From NCBI GenBank assembly GCA_030295235.1, contig AP026152.1:620001-684000 (forward strand): DNA of 64,000 nucleotides. Reading direction: 5' to 3'. The position numbers and the translations under genes are program-made. This DNA comes from Fistulifera solaris. Taxonomy: Eukaryota. The notes beneath the pieces were generated by a model. That model ran no database searches. It saw nothing but the letters and a program-made list of their open reading frames with translations, and was not told the origin of the DNA. Below, one piece after another: positions 1 through 11,090 of the stretch. Within the stretch, counting starts at the first letter, position 1. Each line of letters starts with the position of its first letter.

Positions 1-2325
1 GGACGTTCGCCATTTCGGCGACCTGGATACCAAAAGATTCCAAACAGGGACCGGGCTTCACCTGATACAAAAAAGTTAGCCCTTGTCGAGCTTTGTGGGC
101 TGTCACGTGGCAGTTTTGAACAACGGCGTGGCTTTCCTCTAATGCTGTCAGCTCGTGGAAGTGAGTTGCAAAGACAGTGATACAACCAATTTTGTCAATC
201 AGATATTCGGAGATCGCACGCGCCAAACCATAGCCGTCGAACGTACTGGTACCACGGCCCAACTCGTCGATGATAATCAGGCTTCGCTTCGAAGCAATAC
301 GAAGGATGGAGGAAGCTTCGAGCATTTCCGCCATGAATGTGGAAATACCGCGTTCTTGCAAATCACCGGCTCCCACTCGAGCCAATATGTGATGGCAAAT
401 ATTGATCTTTGCCGACGAACATGGAACAAATGAGCCAATCTGTGCCATAGTCACGATGGCGCCAAGAGCGCGAATATAAGTTGACTTTCCACCCACTTGA
501 AGTCGCGAAGAATGTGTGAGATGGCTTCTGAATATTTAGAGAAACGGTTGTACTTACTGTTCGGCCCGGTCACGATTAGAAAGTTGGATTTGTCAAGCAC
601 CAGATTGACATCGTTGGGAATAAATTCAACATTTTCCTGAAGTTCTACACAGGGATGTCGCGCCGCCTTTAGTTCAATACCACCACCCTCTTCAAGATCG
701 GTCAACTGGGGTCGACAATATCCATGGGGACTGTAAGCTGCGACGTTGGCCAAAGCGCACAAAACATCGAGGAGTGCCGTAGCGTCACTCGCTTGCTGCA
801 GAACTTGCTGATACGTAGCGGCTACTTGCAAAGCATCAGCAGCAATTTGCGTCTGGTGGCGATTGTATTCGGCCAGTAAGTCTTGCTGCTGAACGGCCAA
901 TTCGCGGAGACGTTTGGTACTAAAATAGACACCATTTTTTAACAAGCGATGGATCTGCACCTGTGGTAGTTGTTGCTGTAGAATCTTGGAATCATTCGTA
1001 TTCGGTAGTCGAAACTGCCAGCTTTCGCTATCGGACTCGAGCCGTACTGCCCCAGTGTTACCCGTAATACTCGCCCACTTATCGTTCATGTCATCGTGAC
1101 AAGCTTGAAGATCATTTTGTACATTCTTCAGTTCACGAGCAATATCTTCAAGCTCAGGTTGGTAGGAAGCTTGCACCAAGAAGTCGCGCGGCGCTGCGTC
1201 CAGATCGAGAACAGCGGTGGCTAACTCGACCGACTTGGATAAAGCCGACACTGCCTCTTTCAAGGGAGTCACAACTTTGTCTTCCAACAAAGGAGGAAGC
1301 GTGTCAGGGCATTCATTCATAAGTTGTTCCAGCAAAAGAGGCAACTTTTGCGCACTAATTATGTAGAGTTCATACAACGTCTTGAGGGCATCTTTGGTAC
1401 GAAAGGATGCGGTTTCTTCATTGCCATGTCCGTATTCAGCCAATGCCGCCGCCAGTTTACCCAGATCTTGACCTTTGAGCAGTCGCAATCCTTCCGAGCG
1501 TACCGCCTCCAACGCCACCGAATGATGCACCCAGTATTCCACAGCATCTTGTCGGGCCATCAGTGCTTCTAAATTGACTAAAGGCTGCCTTAGCCACATT
1601 TCCAGTAGCCGCTTCGCCATCGGTGTCAAACAGGGCTGACTCAACAAACTGGCAATGGAATTGTTGTGCGCCAAGCCACCCGTGTGCGCCGCCGCTCCTT
1701 CCCCTACGGGAGGCCACAAATGGATGGCTTGAGCAGCGGTCCGATCCAAGTACAGATGCGATTCCAAAACACCCGCTTGCAAGGTCTCTAATTCCACGTT
1801 GGTTTCATCCCACCATCCGTGGGCCTGCAAGAAAAACACCAAACCCTTGGAAACCGCCGAATTCCCGCTGACTTCCGTATCTCCGGCGACTTGCAAATAC
1901 TGTTCTTCCGGCAACATATCTTTCAACACGGCGGGCAAGCGTTCCAGAGCGTTGGAAGACGCGGACCACGATGAATGATACTGAATAATGTTTTCCGCGA
2001 CGGCCTCGTCGTCGGTTGTAACGAGTGAATATTCCGTTTGACGCGATTCGAGCCAGTGCAGTAATTTGGGAACGACAGTGTTGTTTTTGGGCATAGAGTC
2101 GGCGACATGAATGACGGAAATAGGCGCGAGACGGAGCAACAGGGCGTCCGTATGAAGAAAATCTTGTCGCGGATGATCCCAATACGAGTAATACGTCAAA
2201 ATTTTGGCCTGCAGCACACAAAGAGTCACTTGTACGCGTTGACTGTAGAAAGGATCGGCATTATGGGCTCCCGTGGGCTTGGAAAGCACCAATGCGACCG
2301 TAGAATGAGTTGGTGAATCCGTCAT
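1..2325 (-). CDS. MSH2: DNA mismatch repair protein MSH2 (3' end outside window); intron 496-557
   Basis: ORF 451..2325 has [18 protein letters not shown] and [14 protein letters not shown]. Splicing GTAAGT..AAG (557-496) restores the Walker A motif [13 protein letters not shown] followed by [10 protein letters not shown]. The [11 protein letters not shown] and HFHELT motifs follow. Confidence 0.93.
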
Positions 2326-2989
2326 TTTCGAATCTGAATAGCGTCTCTGCCCCGAAAGAATCGAACGTAATTTTTCTTCTTTCTATGCTGTTCCCTTCTT
2401 TCTCTACATTAAGGTGTTGAGAGAGCACTGTAGCTTCACTTTCGCAACGAATTATTGCATTTGTAGATAATACCGAATGCAATGGAGAAAAGTAATGGCT
2501 CTCCCTTTCGCACCTCTCGCGCCGCAAACCTCACTCCATCGTTTTTGGTGGGAAATCTCGCACGCAAGGCTCGTGTTTGTCGCGCCTGTCGGCCCATTTT
2601 GAACCGGCTGAAAGTACGTTGCACGTCAGCATGTCCATCGCGCGGAACGAGGTCCTCCTCCAGTAAGGTTAAAAGTAACAGCTAGGATCAACCTCCCATC
2701 TCCCATCATCGTAAATGCATTCAAATCTCTTTGGAGACTGGAATAACATTATTTGTCACCATAACCTTACTTTTCAATATTGTGAGAGTTACAAAACAGA
2801 AGGACGGAAAAAGGTGTACAAACGTGTGCTACCAATTACGTCGAAGAAAAAAATCATAGTTAATGACAGCGGACTTTCGTCTGATCGATTAAAGACAAAA
2901 AGACGTTGCTCGACAACTTCCCTGACAAATTCAGGCTAAAATACAGTGAAGCAAATTGAGATTCATCGAAGTTGGATCAAGAAAACGGT

Positions 2990-4142
2990 GTGGTCTCTCT
3001 AGCTCTAGCTAAAGACAAATACGGAGTACGGAGTAAAAATTCGTGCCGGTGAGAATTGGAAATCGGTCTACCAAGCAGGCGACCTCGAGAAAGAAGTCAG
3101 AGAAAAAGAGAAGAATCGGTGGGTAGGTTTGTGTTTGTTGGGTTCGAAGTTCGACTTTCGGATTGCGGACTATCCAGTTATGGATCGCCCAGATTGTCTT
3201 CTTTACTTTCCACTATGAAGAAAAAGATACGTTTGTCCTAAAAAAGACGTTGTGTGTGGCTCGATGCCTGCTTGCTGCTTGCAGATTGCTGATTGTTTGA
3301 TGCCTGGATAGGGTCTAATGCAAGACACACGCTGATTCGAGACACTTTGATCGCTTCTTCTTTACTCCGACATCCGAGCTCCGAGCTCCGAGCCCATCAC
3401 AAAGAAAAAAATTATTTTTTATTTTTATTTTTTTTTAAATAAAAAAAAGGCAAAGAGCTATAAGCTAAAAGTCACAAGTAACAAGTACTGTAGGCGGCGA
3501 CAGATGACTCCTCTCACATGACGACTCAGTCACAGTCACAGTATTACAAGGTAAGTATTACCTACAGTATTACCTATTACGGATTACGGAGTACCTATTG
3601 CTCCCTAGATAAACAATTTAACTCATACTCGAAAATTAGATTGTTGATACCGTAGTAGAAACTCTAGAAAAATACCCTAACGAAAAACGAACAACGAACA
3701 CGCCCTAAGGCATTCCGTGTTCCGTGTTCCGTATTTCGTAAGAGGTAAAGGACATAGTAGATATAGTAGGTAGATAGTAGATCATTAGTCATTAAGACCA
3801 ACGGAGTAAAGCGAAAAAGACCGTTTTTCGGTTTTAGGTGTTAGGCTTATTTATATAAGGAGTAGAATGTAGAATCATGGATCATGGATCATGGACCATG
3901 GAATGATTAGTACTACGTAGAATTTAGAACAAGGAACCTGGAACATGGAACATGGAACATGGACACCGTATCGTACATAATGTATTATGGTTACGATGGA
4001 ACATAAAATCGGGACAAAGGACAAAGATACGCGCTAACGCGCTACCCTATAGTCTTACGTGTCACTATACAGTACAGTACACGAGAGAGCCACCAGCCAC
4101 CAGCCACCAAACACCAAAGTGAGAACCTGGAGACTGGAGAGG
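2990..4142. repeat. Intergenic region dense in short tandem stutters (mostly 7-bp period)
   Basis: Examples: (CCGAGCT)x3 at ~3374, (TTCCGTG)x3 at ~3713, (ATCATGG)x4 at ~3874, (GGAACAT)x4 at ~3933, (CCACCAG)x3 at ~4090. An A/T-tract quasi-palindrome lies at 3401-3448. Confidence 0.85.
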
Positions 4143-4253
4143 ACGAGAAAGTGCTGCTTTGGCCCCTCCGATTTCCGATAGACAACTCGACAGCAAAATC
4201 TCATAATTCTTTACTCCAACTCTTTTCCGCCCATCACACTTTTGACGAGAAGC

Positions 4254-7200
4254 ATGCCTCCATTTACCATACAAATCGAAGCTTCGGAGTCGTCGTCAAA
4301 GTCGCTTTCCTCGAGACACGATGGCGTAAGCCTTTCCGACCCATCGCAGTCAAACAACACCAACATACGTTCAGATGGTTCTACATCGAACGGAAGCTTC
4401 ACCAAGGATGAAACCAAGGTCGTCAACCACACCAAGCTGCTTGTGTATGTCAGCCTACTTCTTGCCGGCGTTGCAATATCCATAACGGCCTATTTCTTCG
4501 CGAAAAACAAAGAACAGAACGATTTCGAAGCAGAGGTAAGCAAGACATTTGGTCAGTAAAGTCCTCTGATTTGAAGATGTTCTATACTCAATGAAGTCCT
4601 CGTGTTAACCGAACGACTTAAGTTTCGTGACCTGGCCTTAGAAACCATCGACTTGTCTGAAACAAATGTCGAAAACACAATGGGTCAAGTTCATAGTCTT
4701 GCCATTGCTATATCATCTCATGCGACTACCATGGACCAAGATGCCGTGTGGCCCAACGTCACACTCCCTCACTTCCTCGAGCGCGTCAGTGAAGCCGTAT
4801 CTCTGACAGGATCCGAACTGATTGGTTTCATTCCTATTGTCCCAATCTCCCAGAAGAACTCCTTTGAAGAGTACGCTGCAGCGGAGTGGATTGAACACCA
4901 CGAAGGAGAAATCCCCAAAACGATACACAACGTCAAGGGTGAAGCCGAGAGAGCGGAATCAGAAAAAGATACGACGCTCCATTATGGCAAGTTGCACCCC
5001 AAGCCAGCGATCTAGACATTGTCCTACTAGACATGGCAACTTTCTCCTGGTTTCATCTCCTCGAGCAGGATATTCTCAAGTCAAGCATACGGTCATGTCA
5101 GGTATTGTTGATGTCGAGTACTTGTTAAAAGCTACCCGGCCAATCGAATTGACAGAATGGCATCCACGCTCTGTTATCATGCAAGAGGTTTCCAAGAGCA
5201 TGACAACCGGCGAGAGCGATACCGAAAATAGTAAAGAGCCTGGTGGTTTTGTTTTCGCTGTATTACCATGGAAGCAATTCTTCCAAAATGTCATTCCCCA
5301 CGAGCTGCATGGATTCTTAGTCGAAGTCAATGACCACTCGCGGATCGATCGTCACATACCGGATAGACGGACACGACGCCACCGTCGTAGGAAATGGGAA
5401 CATGCACGACTCCAAATACGACTACTTGCACATGAAGGCAAAGTTTGGCAGTTCCGCCCCAATATGATGGAGTGGAAACTTCAACCGATCACTGTCACTA
5501 CATCATCGATGTGTATCCCACGGACGAGCTCAAGGAGCTGTACACGACGCATACCCCCGATTCTGTTCAAGGCCGGCTATTCTGGGCGTCTTCCTCTTTA
5601 CCATCGGTATCTTCTTCTGCTACGACTGTGCCGGTAGAAAGGCGTCAAAGACGTATAGCGAGTATTGCGGCGTACAAACAACATCGTCAAGTCGCTTTTT
5701 CCCAAAAACGTACAAGAACGCATCATGGCGGAGGCAATAGAAGAGGCGGAAAAGGCGGAACAGGCCGGCAAACTCAAAGGAAAAGGAGCATACCATGTCA
5801 GCATGAAAGACCGGCTGAAAGAAACACTGGCAAGCTCCATGCAAGGTCATCAAGGTGATTATGCGCACAAAAATGTGCCGCCCCATAGCCGATCTTTTCC
5901 CTTCCAGGACAATCATGGTATGTAGCACTAAAGACGAATTAAACGCCGAAAGGTGACATACTGCGCCCAGTCCGCTCACCTTTTAATGATACTGTAATAT
6001 CACACAAGTTCGCAGATTTGGTCGGTATGTATGAAGATTAAGCAGTTTCACAACGTTTTGTGATGTATCTTTCGAAGCTCACATTCTTAACGCTCATCCG
6101 TCAATTTTAAAATAGGCTTCACTGCGTGGAGTTCGATGCGCGAGCCTGCACAAGTCTTCCTACTTCTTGAAACGATCTATTCAGAGTTCGATTTGATCGC
6201 ACATAAAAGACGAAGTCTTCAAGGTCGAGACTGTTGGAGACTGCTATGTCGCTGGCATGTGGTCTTCCGGATCCTCGTCGTGACCATGCTGTTGCCATGG
6301 CCCGCTTCGCTAGAGATTACATTGGGGCCTGACACCGGAGAACTCGGACTGAGAATCGGATTGCACAGTGGACCAGTGACGGTAAGCCTTTTGTATTTTC
6401 TTGATAACTGCCAACCTCGTATTTGCTAAGTTGCCCTGCGCTTCAACGACCATTGACAGGGAGGGCGTTCTTCGAGGGCGACAAGGCACGCCTTCCAGCT
6501 TTTCGGAGACACAATGAATACCACCGCCCGTATCGAAACAACGGGAAAGAAAAACATGATCCACATCTCCGAAACAACGGCCAACATCTTGCAAGCATTC
6601 GGAAAAGGTCACTGGACCAAATTGCGCTGAAGACAAGGTCAATGCCAAAGGCAAAGGAGAAATGACCACGTACTGGCTCGTCAAGACGGACGGGCCAAAG
6701 TCGACATCTTCCGGAATCTCGTCCAGCGACGGTACCGGAACTGGTCAAGAGGACGATGTCGACAGTGTGGACGCAAGAGCAGTTTTACAACACAAACAAG
6801 TCCATCTTTCAGATTCAGGCATTGTAACAGAAAAAGCCCTGCGCCTAGTCAAGTGAAACGCGGATGTCATCGGCAGGATTCTCAAGGATGTCATGCAACG
6901 GCGACAGGCGCTTTATGTCTCGGCCGACCTCGACGCGGTCCGTCGAATAGAAAAGGACGCTTCCATCGGACAGGTTTTCGAAGAAATCACTGAAATCTTG
7001 GACCTTCCAAAATTCGGACGCTGAGGCAACGGCGCGTCAAAGTGCACTCACTCCCATCACGTTAGATCCGAAGGCAGCCGAGCAACTCGAGGCCCACGTC
7101 CACGCGAATTGCCACATTGTACCATGACAACCCGTTCCATAACTTCGAACACGTCAGTCATGTCATCATGTCCGTCACCAAACTTTTTCTCCCGCATTGT

Positions 7201-8168
7201 TGCTCGAGGTCTCCGGAGATAATCGTGCCCTCCATGATCACACCTACGGTATCACATCGGATCCGCTGACGCATTTCGCCGCTGTCTTTGCAGCTCTCAT
7301 CCATGATGTCGACCACCAGGGTGTCACCAACGCCACTCGTCGACGAAAACAATCCCTCGCCACCGTCTACAACAACAAGAGCGTCGCCGAGCAGAACTCG
7401 GTGGACATTGCTTGGTCGCTCCTCATGGACGATGCCTTCATTGATTTCCGCAACTGCATCTACACGACCCCGGCAGAATATCGTCACTTCCGGCAGCTCG
7501 TTGTCAACTTGGTCATGGCGACGGACATCATGGACAAGTCTTTGAGTCAGGCTCGCAAGGACCGTTGGGCCAAGGCTTTTTCCGACAGCAGCGACGAGTA
7601 TGGTAGTTCGTTGAATACCATGGAGGAAGAAATGGAACGCAATGTCAATCGCAAGGCGACCATCGTCCTTGAGCATGTCATTCAGGCGTCGGATGTCTCC
7701 CACACGATGCAACACTGGCATATCTACCGCGAAATGGAACGCGCGTCTCTTTGAAGAGATGATGAAGGCCTACCGTCAAGGACGCACGCAAGTTAACCCA
7801 GCTGATCGTTGGTACGAGGGTAGAAGGGCTTCTTTGACTTTTACATCATTCCTCTAGCGAAGAAGCTGAAGGATTGCGGTGTCTTTGGTGTTTCCAGCGA
7901 AGAATACTTGAATTATGCTGAGACGAATCGCAAAGAGTGGGAAGCAAAGGGTGAAGCGCTTGTTGCAGAGATGGTTGCCAAGCTCGATGCGGAACATTAT
8001 TCCCAAACCGTTCATAAAATAATAGCTCCTTATTCGGCAATTACAGCGACGTCACTTCGGCTGGATGGATATGCTTCACCATTTAGTAAGCAAAAAGATC
8101 CCTTCCTACTTTTTTATAATAAAGCATCATCCAGTGTTAGTAATATCATAAAGCTTGTCTTCAAATGA
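4254..8168 (+). pseudogene. Membrane class III nucleotidyl cyclase fused to cyclic-nucleotide phosphodiesterase; heavily disrupted (pseudogene or poor consensus)
   Basis: N-terminal TM segment. Cyclase motifs FADLVG|FTAWSS, KVETVGDCYVA, LRIGLHSGPVT, FQLFGDTMN, KGKGEMTTYWL. PDE motifs PFHNFEH, LIHDVDH, VMATDI, IQASDVSH, FDFYIIPLA. Introns 4536-4622, 5918-6008, 6025-6115, ~6382-6459. More than 10 frame breaks plus an in-frame TGA at 6854. The 3' end is uncertain. Confidence 0.8.
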
Positions 8169-8251
8169 AAGCATCGCCGTCCAATCAGCGCAATATTTGC
8201 ATCGACTGGACGTTGTTTTGGACCCGCAGTTCCGAAGTAATTGTAAAAAGG

Positions 8252-9062
8252 TTACCAGGATAATGCTATTTCCCTAGCGATGCGAATCGGTAGCTGAAAG
8301 TTTTGTAGCTTCTTGATCGGATGTCGCAACAGCCAGCCTGTAAGAAAAGACAAGAGAACCAAGCAATCTGTGAGTCATGTCCATATTTCAAATATTAAAA
8401 AAAATACAAATTTTCCGTTTCGTACCATTCCCCCCGATCCCGGCCGTGTTCATCTTCAAACTGCACTGCCTGTTCGTACAGAGCATCGAAGTCATCTGAC
8501 AATTGGACACGCGAGTTCTTGGCGAAATAAACGCCTTCATCCCATTGTGAGTAAGTAATTCCCTCTCCACTGACTAATTTTTCAACTTGTCGCATGACGC
8601 TTTTCAAATTCTGCGTACTGAGTTGTTCTTGCGTATGCAAATAGTCTTCCAAATCGTCCATCCACGCCACTTCTTGACGCAATTGCTGACGCTGTTCGGC
8701 GGTGAGGGCCGTCGTATTGTGCACAATACGACGCTTCTTGGTTTTCGCACGAGAAATAGCGCGATCGATGTCTCGATGATCATAATCATTCAGCGCTTGC
8801 AATTGTGTCGGTGTTTTGCTTTGACGCGCACTCCGTCGCACGACGACCGGTGCTTCCTCTTTGACCACAGATCTTTTACGTGTAGAAGGAGACACTGCTT
8901 TCTTTTCAAAAGTGCAAAACTCGCTTGATCCAAGCCTTTGGCTTTCAAATGTTCTTGATTGTATCGAATGTTCGCGGCTCGCATTTCTTCGTACGTGTTG
9001 TAATAAACACCATCTTTGGACAAGTGTTGTTGTGTCGTCGACGCATCGTTTCCAAGAACCAT
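8252..9062 (-). CDS. Hypothetical protein with basic RRSAR linker and C-terminal GRDRGNGWLLRHPIKKL motif
   Basis: ORF 8790..9062 (MVLGND..YEEMRAANIRYNQEHLK) joins ORF 8395..9336 through an A-run frameshift at ~8905. A probable intron at ~8339-8425 leads to exon GWLLRHPIKKLQNFQ. Both ends are approximate. Confidence 0.6.
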
Positions 9063-9269
9063 GATGCAAGCAGGAATAATAAGAAGGGGAACGCACGAGT
9101 AGTCTAGGTTGTAAGTCGAGACGACTAAAGTTTGTTGTTGAGCTCTCCATGAATCTCATGAGCTCTCGTCCATTGACGCAAATAAACTGTTTGGCATTCT
9201 TTACGTCCGTTGCGTCCGCGCGAGCCACGCAAAAAGCATCGCAAGCAAGACACACAAACACGCAAAAAA

Positions 9270-9470
9270 ATTTTCTGTGATCGTCAACATACCACACATC
9301 CAGATTTTCTGGAGAGATAAAAACCACGTCCCCCAATCATTTTCCCACTTTTTAGAAACTAGAACGAAGAATCACTTTTCGCCCAGATTATCTTCCGGAC
9401 ATGTGATCAAATTCCAGGTTTTCTTGCTAGATTTTGTGCGGGGACGTAAAACCACAAACCACTGCAAGTC
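9270..9470 (-). repeat. Degenerate copies of the 33-bp CCAGAAAATGTGGG minisatellite (left flank of the 243-bp array)
   Basis: ATCCAGATTTTCTGGAG and AATCACTTTTCGCCCAGATT resemble the reverse complement of the units at 60933-61275. Confidence 0.5.
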
Positions 9471-9573
9471 ATTACAAAATGTGAGTGAATAGACCACACG
9501 TAACACTAAAAGAAGATGTTTGACGGTTGATTGTTGCTTCGGTCGCTGTGAAAGAGGAAACGAAGCAGAAACA

Positions 9574-10537
9574 TTTACCCGTAATTATAATTTTATTCGC
9601 AGTTGAATGACAATGGACGGATGCGAGAGATGCAAAACGGAACCCTTTGTTGTTCGGTTTATGATTCATGACAACTGTACCATCCAGTCTTGGTTGGCGT
9701 AAACCAACACTCGGTTGCATAGTGAAATTTCACGATGTCGATTTTTCTCTAATTTTCGACGTAAAAATAAAAAACTTTAACACAAGTAGTTCAGAATCAT
9801 CATTGCTGCGACTTTGTTTACCCGTAATTATAATTATATTCGCAGTTGAATGACAATGGACGGATGCGAGAGACGCAAAACGGAACCCTTTGTTGTTCGG
9901 TTTATGATTCATGACTACTGTACCATCCAGTCTTGGCTGGCGTAAACCAACACTCGGTTGCATAGTGAAATTTCACGATGTCGATTTTTCTCTAATTTTC
10001 GACGTAAAAATAAAAAACTTTAACACAAGTAGTTCAAAATCATCATTGCTGCGACTTTATTTACCCGTAATTATAATTATATTCGCAGTTGAATGACAAT
10101 GACAATGGACGGATTCGAGGGACGCAAAACGGAACCCTTTGTTGTTGGGTTTATGATTCATGACTACTGTACCATCCAGTCTTGGCTGGCGTAAACCAAC
10201 ACTCGGTTGCATAGTGAAATTTCACGATGTCGATTTTTCTCTAATTTTCGACGTGAGAATAAAAAACTCTAACACAGGTAGTTCAAAATCATCATTGCTG
10301 CGACTTTATTTACCCGTAATTATAATTATATTCGCAGTTGAATGACAATGGACGGATGCGAGAGACGCAAAACGGAACCCTTTGTTGTTCGGTTTATGAT
10401 TCATGACTACTGTACCATCCAGTCTTGGCTGGCGTAACCAACTCTCGGTTGCATAGTGAAATTTGTTGTTCGGTTCTCGGTTCATGACTACTTTACAATC
10501 CAGTCTTGGCTGGCGTAAACCAACACTCGGTTTCATA
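9574..10537. repeat. Tandem array of a 243-bp AT-rich unit (3.6 copies plus a diverged partial copy)
   Basis: Units start TTTACCCGTAATTATAATT at 9574, 9817, 10060 and 10309; the third unit carries a 6-bp GACAAT duplication. A partial copy spans 10463-10537. Confidence 0.97.
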
Positions 10538-10644
10538 AGGCTTAGTGGAAATTCGAGGTGGGCATGTTCATCGGTCAAGGCAGAGTAGACTAGACCTATA
10601 TCTACTGTTCGGGGTAAAATGATTTGATCTAGCAACGTTCAAAC

Positions 10645-10905
10645 ACATCACGCCAAGATTTTCTGGACAAGCAGTTATTTTTTGTATTGAAGAGGCAAGT
10701 GACATACCGCGCGTGAATCTAAGTGGTAAACCCGCCCGCCCAGATTATCAGGGCGGGCGCAGACACATCTCTTACAGAGTTTCTGTGGATGTAAAACTAA
10801 AACTTGCGCAAATATTCTGTGAACGTGAAAACATCCCACATCCTCATTTTCTGGAACGCGATAACATCCCAAGCGATGACACCGTTTTCAGATTTTCTGG
10901 ATACA
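10645..10905 (-). repeat. Degenerate copies of the 33-bp minisatellite (right flank of the 243-bp array)
   Basis: ACGTGAAAACATC at ~10823 is the exact reverse complement of GATGTTTTCACGT at ~61230. ATTTTCTGGA recurs at ~10658, ~10846 and ~10892. Confidence 0.55.
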
Positions 10906-11090
10906 TAAAAATAAGGGAGGTCAAAGAACGGCACATCATTACTCCATTACTGGTACTGTACTACTAGGGGGGTCTATGTATTTTTTATCGTCCGTGCCCC
11001 TACCCTGGTGTATTTTCACTCCAACAGATGGAAAACAGTATTGCCAGTTTGTCATTCATTCTAAACTCTCCCTGTATAAACTAGTTTCCT

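Noticed and set aside
6854..6856. TGA as Trp (alternative genetic code) or selenocysteine
   Set aside because: TGA is a normal stop in other genes here (e.g. 22947-22949), TGG encodes Trp throughout, and the locus has many other lesions.
9574..10537. Repeated 61-aa ORFs (MTTVPSSLGWRK..) and a CRISPR-like appearance
   Set aside because: The ORFs are by-products of the 243-bp tandem unit. There are no unique spacers and no cas genes.
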